Of a stretch of 64,000 bases of DNA, positions 52,601-64,000 are shown piece after piece (within the stretch, counting starts at the first letter, position 1; each line of letters opens with the position of its first letter). This stretch comes from Octopus sinensis. Taxonomy: Eukaryota. Where the stretch lies: NCBI RefSeq assembly GCF_006345805.1, contig NC_043001.1, positions 25,978,001 through 26,042,000 on the forward strand, given 5' to 3'. The notes below the pieces were generated by a model. That model made no database searches. It worked only from the letters and a program-made list of their open reading frames with translations, and was not told where the DNA came from. The translations under genes and the position numbers were made by a program.

Positions 52601-55600
52601 TACACAAACTAAAATCATTTGATGAAAACGATAATTTGATATAACATTTATTTATATATTTTTTCCTCCTCTTTCCCTACAGTACTTTGCAAAAGATTAA
52701 CTCGAGAATTTATATAAGAATTAAACTAATACAGATTAAGTTGTTAGCAAGAGATGTGTTTTATTTGTAGTTTGATGTTTTTCATACTGATGGTATTTTG
52801 AATTATTTAATTTCTATAGCATTCTATTATCCTACATTAACAATTGTGTAATCCTGTACACTTACTTTTATTATATTTGGGAAGAGTTATAATAAATATT
52901 AACTCTTCCCAAACATAACTCTATTGGTTTCAACCCATGGATTCATATAAAAAATTCTTACAAAACAAATTAAAAATCAAAATACTTAGTGATTTTTTCA
53001 TTCTTTCATCATCACATTGCTAAGTGCTGTAAAGGCTATGCTTCTTTGATGAGGTCAGAATAATATCAAAATGTATCAGGAATAGTTCTCTGTATTAGTC
53101 ATATTTATTTCTAGTTAGAGTTTCACTCCATGCATTAAATATATTAACATTAAGTTAACTATATTGATTCTTCTTTCTAAGAACTTTTCGTATATGAAAC
53201 ATGAACTTAAAATAATAAATTGATATAGTCTAATTGATTCAACTATGAAACTGATAAGTATGATTATATTCAATGTACCATCCTCCCAGTTTGTTTATCA
53301 TTGGAAGAAATATATTTTATTCTATATCTCAGTTGGTGAACAACAGCATCATTGATTACAGATTTCTGACGATGAGAATGAAAAGGGATTGTCTCTGCCA
53401 CTGGGGCAGAGCAAATACCACATAAAGAAATTTTTATTTGAAAGCATGATTTTCCCAATTTTTTAAAAACTGGTTATATATTTTGCCAATATATTGGTGA
53501 AAGCCATCCACATACCTCTACATGACAAGCTTTCACATGGTTTCCTACAACCAAATTCCACTAACAAGGTATTGATTAAATAAACTGCTGTCGAGAAACC
53601 AATTTAAAATGAAGCACTTTCGTAAGTTAAAAATTGGAAACTTGATAGAGATAGATGAATGCTTTCCTAAAGATGAAATTTATTCAGAAATAAAGGCAAA
53701 GTGTTCATTAAAGAATCATTTTTTAATTTATTGACAATATTCTAGTAGTACTTGTATTTTGTAATATCTATCAAGGAAGTTAAATTCACTGAAATGGGTT
53801 TATACAATAGTATATGAACCAAACAAACTAATGTATAAGAGCTTGCTTCTTGACTATGTGGTCTTGGGTTCAATCCCACTGTACAACATCTTAAGCAACA
53901 TCTATTATAAAGCCAGGCTGATCAAAGCGCCTTGTGATTGGATTTGATGGATGGAAACTGAAAGAAGCTCATTGTGTGTGTGTGCGTGTGCAACATGTGT
54001 GTGTACATGCACATGTGTATGTGTGTGTGTGCATGTGTATGGGTTTGTTGTGTTAGTTCTCCATTGTCACTGATAACTGATGTTTGTTTATGTCCTTGTA
54101 GATTAGTGGTTTGGCAAAAGAATAAAAGAAAAGTAGCAAAAAAAAATAAATAAAATAAGTATTGGGGGCAATCTATTTAACTAAATCCTTTTACGTGATG
54201 CCCCAGCATGGTCGCAGTCCAATGACTGAAACAAGTAAAAGATAAAAACAACAAGCAAATAACTTAGTATTCTAAAATAATGCAAAAAAGAAAATACAAT
54301 TAAAAATAGTTTTAGAAACTGTTTAAAGAGAGTGAAATAACATAACAGTTTGGAAGAGTTGACATAGCAATTTGTAAAACTTTCTCATTAAGTCTGGATT
54401 ATGAGTTAGTTCTTTTATCAAAAGTGAATATATTGGCATATTATCAAATAATCTATCAAGACAACAAACCAGAATAATTTTGCTGTGGTTCATTCATGTG
54501 ATAAATCCTCTAACATTATCCTATTAATTTTTGCTTAATTTGATAGTCATATTTAATTAGGGAAATATTTTATCAATATTTAAATTCTAAGAATGGTCTA
54601 AGAATCTAATTCCTTTTCAGAAATAAGGTCCTATTTTTCAAACGACTGACTTGAAAAATTTATTCAGTTCTCAAAGAATATAGTAATATTTTGAGAATAT
54701 GCATTAAATATTGTAATTTTTTTAATAGAAATATTTCAAAGAGAAAATAAATAACGTAAGTAAAAAAAATGCTTTGATGACATTTAATAGGGGAAGAGAA
54801 TAAAGAAAAAACAGAGGAGATTTTAGTCATCTGGCTTGAGAAATCATTTAAGAACAGATGAAAAAAATTAATGCAATATTTGATCTTTCAACTGAATAAA
54901 GTATTAAAGAAAATATTGTCTACAAACACTTATCGCAGAAGAGTTGCGCACATACAGATACAAATACACATGCACACGCACGCATACACACAACACATAC
55001 ACACATACTCTCATGTACTTTTAATATAATAGTTTACTTTCTCTAATGCATGTTTTGTTAGAAAATCAAAAATGCATGAATAGACATGCATACAAAAGAA
55101 TTCTACTCCCTAAAATGAATATAATCATGTGAAGGAATAAGATTAAAAGAGAATAAGGGATATGGTCTCAACAGCTAAATAAACCAATGAATGCCAAAAG
55201 CTGATATGAGAATGGCATAAGGCAAAGGTGGATTCATCCAAGAAAGAGTTATACATTTAGTGTCTAAGCAGAATAGTGTCCAGTGTAAATGGTCATCTAA
55301 TGGCTTGGCCAATTGTTTTATAGTATTATCTTAGGTTGGTTTATACTAAGAGCTATTGATATGCATACTTAATGCTATGTTCAGTGAAGAATGAAAGGAT
55401 AAGAAGGGGACAATTCTAATCCGGTCAATACAATTGAAGGTTCAGTGAACAGAATTATGTATAAAGCAAATGAAAGAATCGTTGGGTGGAGTGAGGGACT
55501 AATGAGACACTAGTGTTGTAATAAAGATAGAGGAGACTTTGGAGTTTGATGCAAGCAGTTAGTCATACATACAGAAATGAGATTAGATTAGATATGAAAA

Positions 55601-55806
55601 AAGTCAGTCAAGCATAATAAATCCAATTTTATGTGTAGGCATTTTGGCTGAAAGAGAGAGAGTTTACAGGGTTAAGCTTAACATGTTTCATATTGAATGT
55701 ATTAATGAGGTTCATAACGGAGAACTTGTTTCACAAGTTTGGGCAATATAAATAAATGCAGAAACATAAACATGTGTGACTGCCTGAGCATGCATGCCTC
55801 CTACAC

Positions 55807-55856
<50 letters not shown>

Positions 55857-56704
55857 CATGCACACACACATTCACACATCTTTTGGTTATGATAAAAATG
55901 AAAAAAAAGAAGTATTATTCAAAGCACAATGCTGGCAAAGATGTCATGAGACGAAGCATGTCTAATGTTTATACGTAGATTTTGGCAACTCTGTGTATGT
56001 ATGTGTGTGTTCGCCAGTCTGTTTCAGCCATCGTGATCAAAGCTATGCTGTAAGTCTTTTATTTTCAAACTTTTACTTGTTTCAGTCATTGGACTGTGGC
56101 CATACTGAGACGCTGCTTTGAAGGGTTCAGCTGAACAAATTGATGCCAGCACTTATTATTATTTTTTTTTTTAAAGTCTGATACTTATGCTAATTATCTC
56201 TTTGGCTGAAACCACTAAGATACAAGGACATAAACAAGCCAACACTGGTTGTCAAAGAATGATGGGAAATAAACACAAAGACACACATATACACACACAA
56301 CAAGCTTCCATGTAATTTCTTTCTACTAAATTCACTCACAAATATTAGTTAGTAAAGGGTTATAGTAGAAGATACTTACCCAAAATGTTGTGCAATGGAC
56401 TGGACTCAAAATCATGAGGTTTAAACCACACACACACACACACAAATTTATTTGAAGCTGAAACCTCAATCTCTTGCTACTCCAAGTTTTCTGTTTCCAC
56501 CACATTACTTAAGTTGATTTAAAGAATGTGATAGTGATGGGTACATTTGCCTAGCAACAGAGTAAAGCCATCAATTTGAATAAATGACCAAACTGTACGT
56601 ATCGAGTACTTTTTCCTGTAGAAATAGTTATGTTGTTGGTCCCTCATACAGGAATAGCTGATGGACTCTGTGTGAAGGAGAATCACCACTGCCACTGTCT
56701 AAGC

Positions 56705-57054
56705 CAGGAATTCTCAACCATATTTTATCTATGGAACCCTTTGATTACTATTCTTTTCTGGTGGACCCCCATAGTCATTCCATGTTTAAAAACGAGTTAT
56801 ATTGAAATTTCTTTCAAAATTCCTATTTTGTTTTATATGCATTAACTTGTGTAGGTTGAACTATGTAAAATTTCAGAGATCTGAGGTCTCGCTGTTTCTT
56901 GCAATACATACCAATACAAACATCTAACGCAAAACTTTTTCAGGGACCCATAAAATACTATTGTGGATCTCCAATTTACCATTTGGTTACATGGACCCCC
57001 CAAAATCTTATATGGATCCCCAAGGGCCATATGGACCTTGGCTGAGAACTACTG
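56705..57054 (+). mobile_element. hAT-type MITE (350 bp)
   Basis: Perfect 8-bp TSD GTCTAAGC (56697-56704, 57055-57062); TIRs caggaattctcaacc / ggctgagaactactg. Confidence 0.85.
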
Positions 57055-57103
57055 GTCTAAGCAATGTCAATGTGGAGACACGTGGGGACAAACACACAAA
57101 CAA

Positions 57104-57137
<34 letters not shown>

Positions 57138-57160
57138 AATGTCTTGTTGTTGAGATAGGT

Positions 57161-57260
57161 TCTCTTTCTTTCCTGATGAAAAAATTACATAATTTTACAC
57201 CGTTTATTCCTTAGGAATAAAACCAATGTTGTCTTCGAAACATATGTCGAAAATAAAAGA
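57161..57260 (+). ncRNA. Hammerhead-ribozyme-like motif with an extended stem II (Penelope-like repeat)
   Basis: CTGATGA 57173-57179, GAAA 57237-57240, palindromic ACATATGT stem III, GTC at 57246-57248, 4-bp stem I; the stem II base is poorly paired. Confidence 0.4.
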
Positions 57261-57301
57261 ATTTGAATAACACCTGCGTTCAACTCCATATATTTACTTT
57301 T

Positions 57302-57348
<47 letters not shown>

Positions 57349-58067
57349 CACACGACAGACGTCTGTAGAGTTTATATCTACAAAATTTCACTTACAATGT
57401 ACTTTGTAAGAGGTCATTGTAGAAGACACTTACCTAATGCATCATGTAAGAGGACAGAAGTTGAAATCACATGGCTGTGAAGCAAAACTTCTTAACCACA
57501 TGGCCACACCTGTCCATACAAGTATGCAGATATTCTTGATTGGTTAATACTAATGGCCTGTACAGGTGTTTGTGGACTTAACCTGCTAATAGTTGGAAGT
57601 AATATCTATTTCTTTGTTTATGTATTTTTTTTTATCACATGTATTTTGTGAACAACATTGTTGGTTATAGATTTCCAATAGCTGATCACTGTTAACCGCA
57701 TTTCCAATGGCATGAGTGACAGGGAAGTGTCTGGGCAAATCAAGTGGAATAAATAAGCACAGGATATTTTTGTTTGAACATGGTAGTTTATTGGTTTTTG
57801 TTGCTGACATGTATCTCTTTTGTCCATATGCAATGGTGATACACAGACAGTCATAAATGCATATACACATGCATACATTCATAGACATTGTTCAACCTGA
57901 GGCTACAGTAGAAGACACTTTCCCAGGGTGCCAGACACTGGGATGAAACCCAGAATCATATGTTGCAAAATAAACTTGTATTCTTGTATCTGCACGTAGG
58001 TAATAGTATTTCTAGATTTTTAATTTAACATCTTGAAGGGTTGCATTATGTGCACATACATACACAC

Positions 58068-58280
58068 ATGTGACCGCATGTGTATTGTTGGCGATTTTCT
58101 TTCTCTGTCTTTCCTTCCTTGGACCTTTCCTTTTTCTATGTTTCTGACGAAGAGCTCCGCTCGAAACGTTAAATTCTCCTTCTTTATTTCCTTTCCTGAG
58201 CGTCCAATAACACTATACTTGTTCCAATTCCTCGCGCTGTTGTGTTTTCTCTTTGTTCATGTTTGAATTAACTATATATA
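58068..58280 (+). mobile_element. Penelope-like terminal repeat
   Basis: Contains an intact minimal hammerhead; flanked by (CA)n/(TA)n; second copy at 26880-27105 (-). Confidence 0.6.
58138..58175 (+). ncRNA. Minimal type I hammerhead ribozyme
   Basis: gttt CTGACGA A GAGC TCC GCTC GAAA C GT T aaat: conserved core, 4-bp stem II, palindromic AACGTT stem III, short stem I. Confidence 0.6.
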
Positions 58281-58589
58281 TTAACCAGTTACATTGAAAC
58301 ACACCTGTCCTCAACTTTGTTTTTTGTTTGTTTTATAAACAGTTTTATGTATTTCTTTATTAGTCTTTCGGGTTTGCCTTGGAACTATAAAGTTATAAAA
58401 TCTATCAACATTTCTAGACCTTCTCAGTCTTATCTTCTGAATGAAGAGGTTGTTATTGGTGCTTGTTAATACTATCTTTCTATAATGGGCAGCAAGAACC
58501 TTAGGAACTATGTTGTTACTGATGATAATGTCCGTTTTTACCATTCACTCATTTTTTTTTATTGATCTGTTCTGGAAGCAGGGACTATG

Positions 58590-59400
58590 CTCATGCTTTT
58601 TGTAGGCCTGAAAAAACTAATGAGTTCAACATAGCTAGATGTTCCTCTTGGCAACTGCAAGTAGCAAAACTGCAGAAAACACATGAGTAGGGAGAAAATT
58701 CCACAGAGTAAACATTTAGAAATGAAAAAAACTGGACATAGTGATTATTGTAGAGCCTGAGGAAGATGGGGCCCAAATATAGGTAATGAGTGGAGAAGTG
58801 AGCCAGGAGTGCATAAATGAAAGTAGTACTAGACCAGGTAGCTCTGAGGAGTAAACGCCATTCATTGTAGCAGCAGTAGAAAAGACAGACTTGAAAAGAA
58901 GCTTGAAGGTGTGTTTGTGAGAATGCTTTGTGCAGTTCTTATTCTGTCTTGGCAGTAACACCCTACAATGCAGTGACTGAATGGCAGTATTCTTACCATT
59001 ATCTTGATAATCAGAAAAAGAACATGTTATACAGGACACTGCTGGAGAAGCAAGGATGAAATATCCAGCAATCTCCTTTGCTGGAAACCCACACATGGGC
59101 CTACAGGTACTGGCAGATCAAGAAGAGCATATGTCAATCATCTTGTGGAAGATACCTGATATTAGGTTGAGGAGTGGAAGATCAGGATATCTAGTATGGA
59201 AGAGTTGCATTGGTTTGGGAAAATCACCTGACGGGATGATGATGGGAAAAGACAGAGAGACAGGGCAACATATTAATGGACCTGAGAATAGAATGTTGGT
59301 GAGTGACTGCATGTCAATCAGTTTGGTGGCCCTTGTTTTGATGTGGTTGAGAGTCTAACAGCAATACCATCCCAGATATAAGAGCAATGCACCATTGTGG
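58590..59400 (-). mobile_element. Decayed CR1-group (L2/Crack-like) LINE 3' region
   Basis: Minus-strand translation includes NGVYSSELPGLV and ..SSFF, resembling the C-terminal pattern NG.CSSEL..LVP...SFF..T..LWN.LP; a similar remnant lies at ~63250-63990. Confidence 0.55.
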
Positions 59401-59465
59401 GGCTGACCTGAGCATTGCCATAGTTACAATAAGTAATTTTTTTTAGTTTCTTACTAGAATGCTGT

Positions 59466-59789
59466 GTGGAGGTGCGATGGCCTAGTGGTTAGGGCAGTGG
59501 ACTTGCGGTCAGAGGATCGGGGTTTCGATTCCCAGACCAGGCGTTGTGTGTGTTTATTGAGCGAAAACACCTAAAGCTCCACGAGGCTCCAGCAGGGGGT
59601 GGCAGCGACCCCTGTTGTACTCTTTCACTCCAACTTTCTCTCACTCTTTCTTCCTGTTTCTTGGGTAATGCTGCGATGGACTGGCATCCCGTCCAGCTGG
59701 AGGGGGGGGAGACATATGTCATAGAAACCGGGAAACCAGACCCATGAGCTTGGCTAGGCTTGAACAGGGTGCATATAAAAAAAATAATA
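59466..59789 (+). mobile_element. tRNA-derived SINE with V-domain-like core
   Basis: A box TGGCCTAGTGG, B box GGTTTCGATTCC; core gctgcgatggactggcatcccgtccag; A-rich tail; 13-bp TSD actagaatg(c/t)tgt. Confidence 0.85.
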
Positions 59790-60007
59790 ACTAGAATGTT
59801 GTAAGAGCAAGTTAGTTTTTTTTTCTTTCATTTTAATTTTAATAAAGCTTTTATTGCTAATCCTTGAACTTTTCATGGAATACTATGATGATTGCATTAT
59901 CAAGTAATATTTCCCTACACTGTTCTGTTCTGTGGCCTGTATTATATAGTCTGTTGCAATGTCTTCATGTTTAGAACAAAAAAAATTTTAAACCTGCAAT
60001 AATGACA

Positions 60008-60136
60008 TTTCCATTTTGCTTTTTAATACTTGATCAGAAACTACAAACAATATTTGTTGTCAAGATTTATTGTAGGCAATCTAGATACATAAAGGAGAAC
60101 TCAAGACTTGAATATATTTATATAGTTTCATAAAGT
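60008..60136 (+). repeat. 129-bp local direct duplication (partner 62687-62814)
   Basis: 4 substitutions and 1 indel between the copies. Confidence 0.9.
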
Positions 60137-60721
60137 ATCAGTTATGATTTTTGCTGCATACTGCAGAAAGGTAGCAACAACAAACATTACTGAATAAATA
60201 AGAAATGTTTTATAGCTTTTTCTAAATTTTTATTCACTTCCACGATTACTTGCTGCACAACAATATCTCTTAAAGGGAAAAATGTAAGTACTGTTCAAGA
60301 CTAGTTTATCCAGCAAAAATAAAAACAAAAACAAAAAAAAAAACAACTAAAATTAAATTTCAAATGTTCAATCTGCTGACTGATTTTTGGTTTCCTAAGA
60401 AGACCTGAAATGCGGTGAGCAGGCAGAATCAATGGCATGTCAAGACGAAATGCTTAGTGGAATTTCTTCTAGCTCTTTCCATTGAAATAAACTTTGCCTT
60501 TCATCCCTTCAGGTCGATAAAATAAAGTACTAGTCATGTATTAGAGTCAACGTATTCAATTTGTCCCCTCCCCTTCCCTCCCCTCAAAATTACTGGTCTT
60601 GGACCCTGCAATGGACTGGTGTCCTATTCAAGGGGAATGTTGTGATCTCAGTCACTAGTATGCCATTGAAACTGGGTAGCCTACCTTACGAGTTAGAGGG
60701 CTCGAGAAAAAAAAAAAAGAC

Positions 60722-60884
60722 AGTGGCTGTGTGGTAAGTAGCTTGCTTACGAACAGCATGGTTCCGGGTTCAGTCCCACTGCGTGGCACCTTGGGCAAGT
60801 GTCTTCTACTATAGCCTCGGGCCGACCAAAGCCTTGTGAGTGGATCTGGTAGATGGGAACTGAAAGAAGCCCGTCATATATGTG

Positions 60885-60925
<41 letters not shown>
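60722..60925 (+). mobile_element. SINE family A, 5' half
   Basis: gtggctgtgtggtaagtagcttgc...ggttcagtcccactgcgtggc; young-looking. Confidence 0.85.
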
Positions 60926-60926
<1 letters not shown>

Positions 60927-61685
60927 AGTGATTCTGCAGCTTACTGCCTTAAAAAAATTTGTTTTGTTTGTTCTTCCTTTTCAATAATGACAAGAAAAAA
61001 ATCAATAGGTTAATTATCAATTCCAGTCAAAAAAGACAAGGAAGACAACTCTGTATATCCAGAGCTCTCACTGTGCAGCAAACATCAAACTCCTTTCCCC
61101 CCTACATTGTCCATGTTTTATTTTTAATTAATTTCAATTTCAGGGTTGTCAGCCCCTTTCTTGACAATAATTGATCATTATTAAACTAATGATTATTTCT
61201 CCTCTCTACAGATGTATAATTAAATATAATTAAAATTTCTTGGCTCACTCTATTAAGTATGCTAGAACTGATCTCGCCATTATAGTACAACAGTTTGTCT
61301 CAATTGATTTCCTTTTAAACTTTGATGTGTATGTTAGTATATTTTATTATAGCCATAAAACTAACTCCATTACTTGTACCAGTGGAGCAAGACACATTAA
61401 TCACCTCTTGCATCAATTTCCCAGACTGGTGAGACAGTGAATTGTTGTTCTTCTTGTTGTTATTTAGCCCAAGAACAACCTTGACCAAACAGACATATGA
61501 TGAAAGACATTCCAGTTGCAGCTTCTCCATTTTTTTCCTAATTGGAGGGAGCCCAGGAATGCATTTTTATAGTGTCTCTTTTTTTTAAGATGGTAGAGTA
61601 TGACTTGAAGGAAATTTGGTTGCTATTTTTAGAAGGTTGGGAAACAGTATAGAGCCTATAAGGTATTGACTTGCAGCAGCAGATA

Positions 61686-62252
61686 TTGGGTTGTCCAGAA
61701 AGTTTGTGCCGATTTATAGTAGCATACCATTCGACTTATTTCAGAACTTGGTTGAGTCCATAAAATAGGATTTGACTACACCTCCATTTAGAGCACAGTT
61801 TAAGCTATCTTTTTCGTGGAAGAAGGTTTATGTTCCTATAACCTGTGTTAATTCTGTAACCCTTTAAAATGGGAGATAAGAAAGTTCATTTTCGGCACTT
61901 GATGCTTTGGGAACCAGACAAAAATTGCTACAGCTTGGCTGGGATTTGTTACCCCACCCTCCATATTCACCAGGTATTGCTCCTTCGGATTTCCACTTAT
62001 TCACGTCTCTGCAGATTAATCTTAATGGTAAAAATTTCAATTCTTTGGATGATGTAAAAAAATACCTTGATTAATTCTTTGCCATGAAACCACCCCAATT
62101 CTGGGAAGAGGGTATTTTCAAGTTAAAGGAAAGATGGAGACGCATTGTGCAACAAAATGGTTCATATTTGGTTGATTAAAAATGTAATGGCAAGTATTTA
62201 TTGACCTTTTTCTTTCCTTAAAAAATCGGCACAAACTTTCCAGACAACCCAA
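61686..62252 (+). mobile_element. Internally deleted mariner transposon (567 bp)
   Basis: TA TSD; 30-bp TIRs with 2 mismatches; transposase start MGDKKVHFRHLMLWE (61869) fused out of frame to the C-terminus ..GWDLLPHPPYSPGIAPSDFHLF..WRRIVQQNGSYLVD. Confidence 0.9.
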
Positions 62253-62504
62253 TATTATGGAAGGTTCTGATTTCAATTGTAAAACATCAGCTCAGACAAT
62301 TTGGAAAGTGAAATAAAAATAAATCTTATTTTATTTGAAGGTTTACCAACAATTTCTGCTAGCTGCCTTACACACACAGTAATGACATAGCACACTACCA
62401 CATTAAGAAAAGGTGAGCACACCTTATTGAAATTAAGTGAAAAAAGATCTTCTGTCTGTCTCTCCCTCTCAAACACACACACACAGAAACACACACATGC
62501 ACAG

Positions 62505-62537
<33 letters not shown>

Positions 62538-64000
62538 TAGCTATTTGTGTAACAAACTTATAGACACATGCCCATTACAGTCCTGTGATTCAAGAATCAA
62601 CCACTTAGCTTCTTATGACTGCTGGAAAAGATTATTTGAAGAGCACACTTGAACTATTTATGACCTTCCATTCACAAACTATTTACTTTCCATTTTGCTT
62701 TTTAATACTTGATCAGAAACTACAAACAATATTTGTTGTCAAGATTTATTGTAGGTACTCTAGATACACAAAGGAGAACTCAAGACTTGATATATTTACA
62801 TAGTTTCATAAAGTTCATTCTCTAGAATAAATAATAAATAAAAAAAATAATGATCTTTTCCTGATTTATTTCTCGTTAATAATCGAGACTACATCTTTTA
62901 TTGTTAATAATTCAGACTCTTCCTCTTGTCCTGTTATGATATATGGTTACTTGTGTGTGAGTAAATCATTTATTTAACAAGCTTGTAAATAAAGTGTGAA
63001 CACTTTTTCACATGTTAGTCAATGGTATATTGAACATGTGGTTATTTTGTAGGCTTAATATATTTCTTCTTTTTTTTTTTTTATATCAGTTTTTTGTCTT
63101 GAGGAAAGGGTTTTGCCAATGGCCTTTAGAGGCCCTCAAAACAGATTATGTCAATGCTGTTAATGTTCTATTTAAGCTGTTGCAAGTCAAAGACCAGAAG
63201 ATAGACATGTGCTGGGATGGAATTCTAGGGGTTCAACATTCTGAGAAGGGCTAAATTAGATGTAGTGGTCAATGTGGGCATGAAGAGATGTACACAAACA
63301 ATACAAATGATGAGAGGAAGAGAGATGAGGATTTGAAAGTGCTTGAATGGTGATGGGACAAGACCAGCCAATTCCAAGGAGCAAAAGCCATTGTAGTAGC
63401 TATAGAAAAGGCACTTCTACTATCTGTGCTTTTATTCATCTTTCAAGGCAGTTTTGTACAGTATATATTATCCATTTGCCATTGGCATTACATGCTCATT
63501 ATATAGCTGACTTTGTTATAGCCAGCCTCATGATAATGCTTTAAAATGTCACATCATCACACTAGATTGCAAGTACAGGGCCATGAGCTAAACAAATTTG
63601 CCATTTGTATTCTTTCAGCTGGATACAGTCTGAACTTGGTGAAAATAGCAGTGATGAAATAGGGTTTACAGATCAATCATTACTTTCCTTTGTATTTATT
63701 TAGTTGCTTCCACACATCCCTTATAATGCCAAGTTTAGGAAAGGACCATATTGCAGTGAAATGGTGAAATGACTGTCAGCACATTTTGTCTCTGGTAGTA
63801 ATGGAAATTTCAAGAAAATTTAAGATACTAATGATAAAAAGTAGAATTCAAGACATGAGGCAGAAGTATTGAGCAACAAAATGGAAAAGCTGGGGAATTT
63901 TGAATATTTTTGGAATGATATTCTGGAAAGCTTGAATAAAACAAGTAAAAATTTTGTTCTTAAAAGATGTGGACATACTTGTGGCCATTGATCTTCTCAG

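Noticed and set aside
53270-53458. 62-aa minus-strand ORF with GTACAT donor
   Set aside because: Phase mismatch with the gene model and no homology recognised.
59466-59545. tRNA gene (also the SINE family A and B heads)
   Set aside because: A/B boxes are present but continue into a SINE body with tail and TSD; no complete cloverleaf.

Overview
AT-rich, microsatellite- and SINE-dense eukaryotic DNA. The repeat families look like those of Octopus or another coleoid cephalopod (inferred from recognition, not searched). Most of the window is intronic or upstream sequence of one minus-strand gene. Six small GT-AG exons (41329-41416, 40494-40538, 26739-26858, 10151-10177, 9565-9640, 2977-3100) splice into one uninterrupted frame of about 160 codons. 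It encodes a protein I cannot name: a hydrophobic N-terminal segment, a Cys-rich segment, an RKRR site and a helical region. Three consecutive exons are phase 2-2 symmetric, and three further candidate ATG exons with signal-peptide-like sequence end in phase 2 inside the introns. The rest is tRNA-derived SINEs, decayed RTE, CR1-group and L1-like LINEs, a non-autonomous Helitron, mariner, piggyBac and hAT derivatives, Penelope-like ends with hammerhead motifs, and a 145-bp tandem array. There are also two spacerless palindromes and a ~550-bp circularly permuted inverted duplication that suggests a circular DNA intermediate. Almost all ORFs in the supplied track are microsatellite or repeat artefacts.
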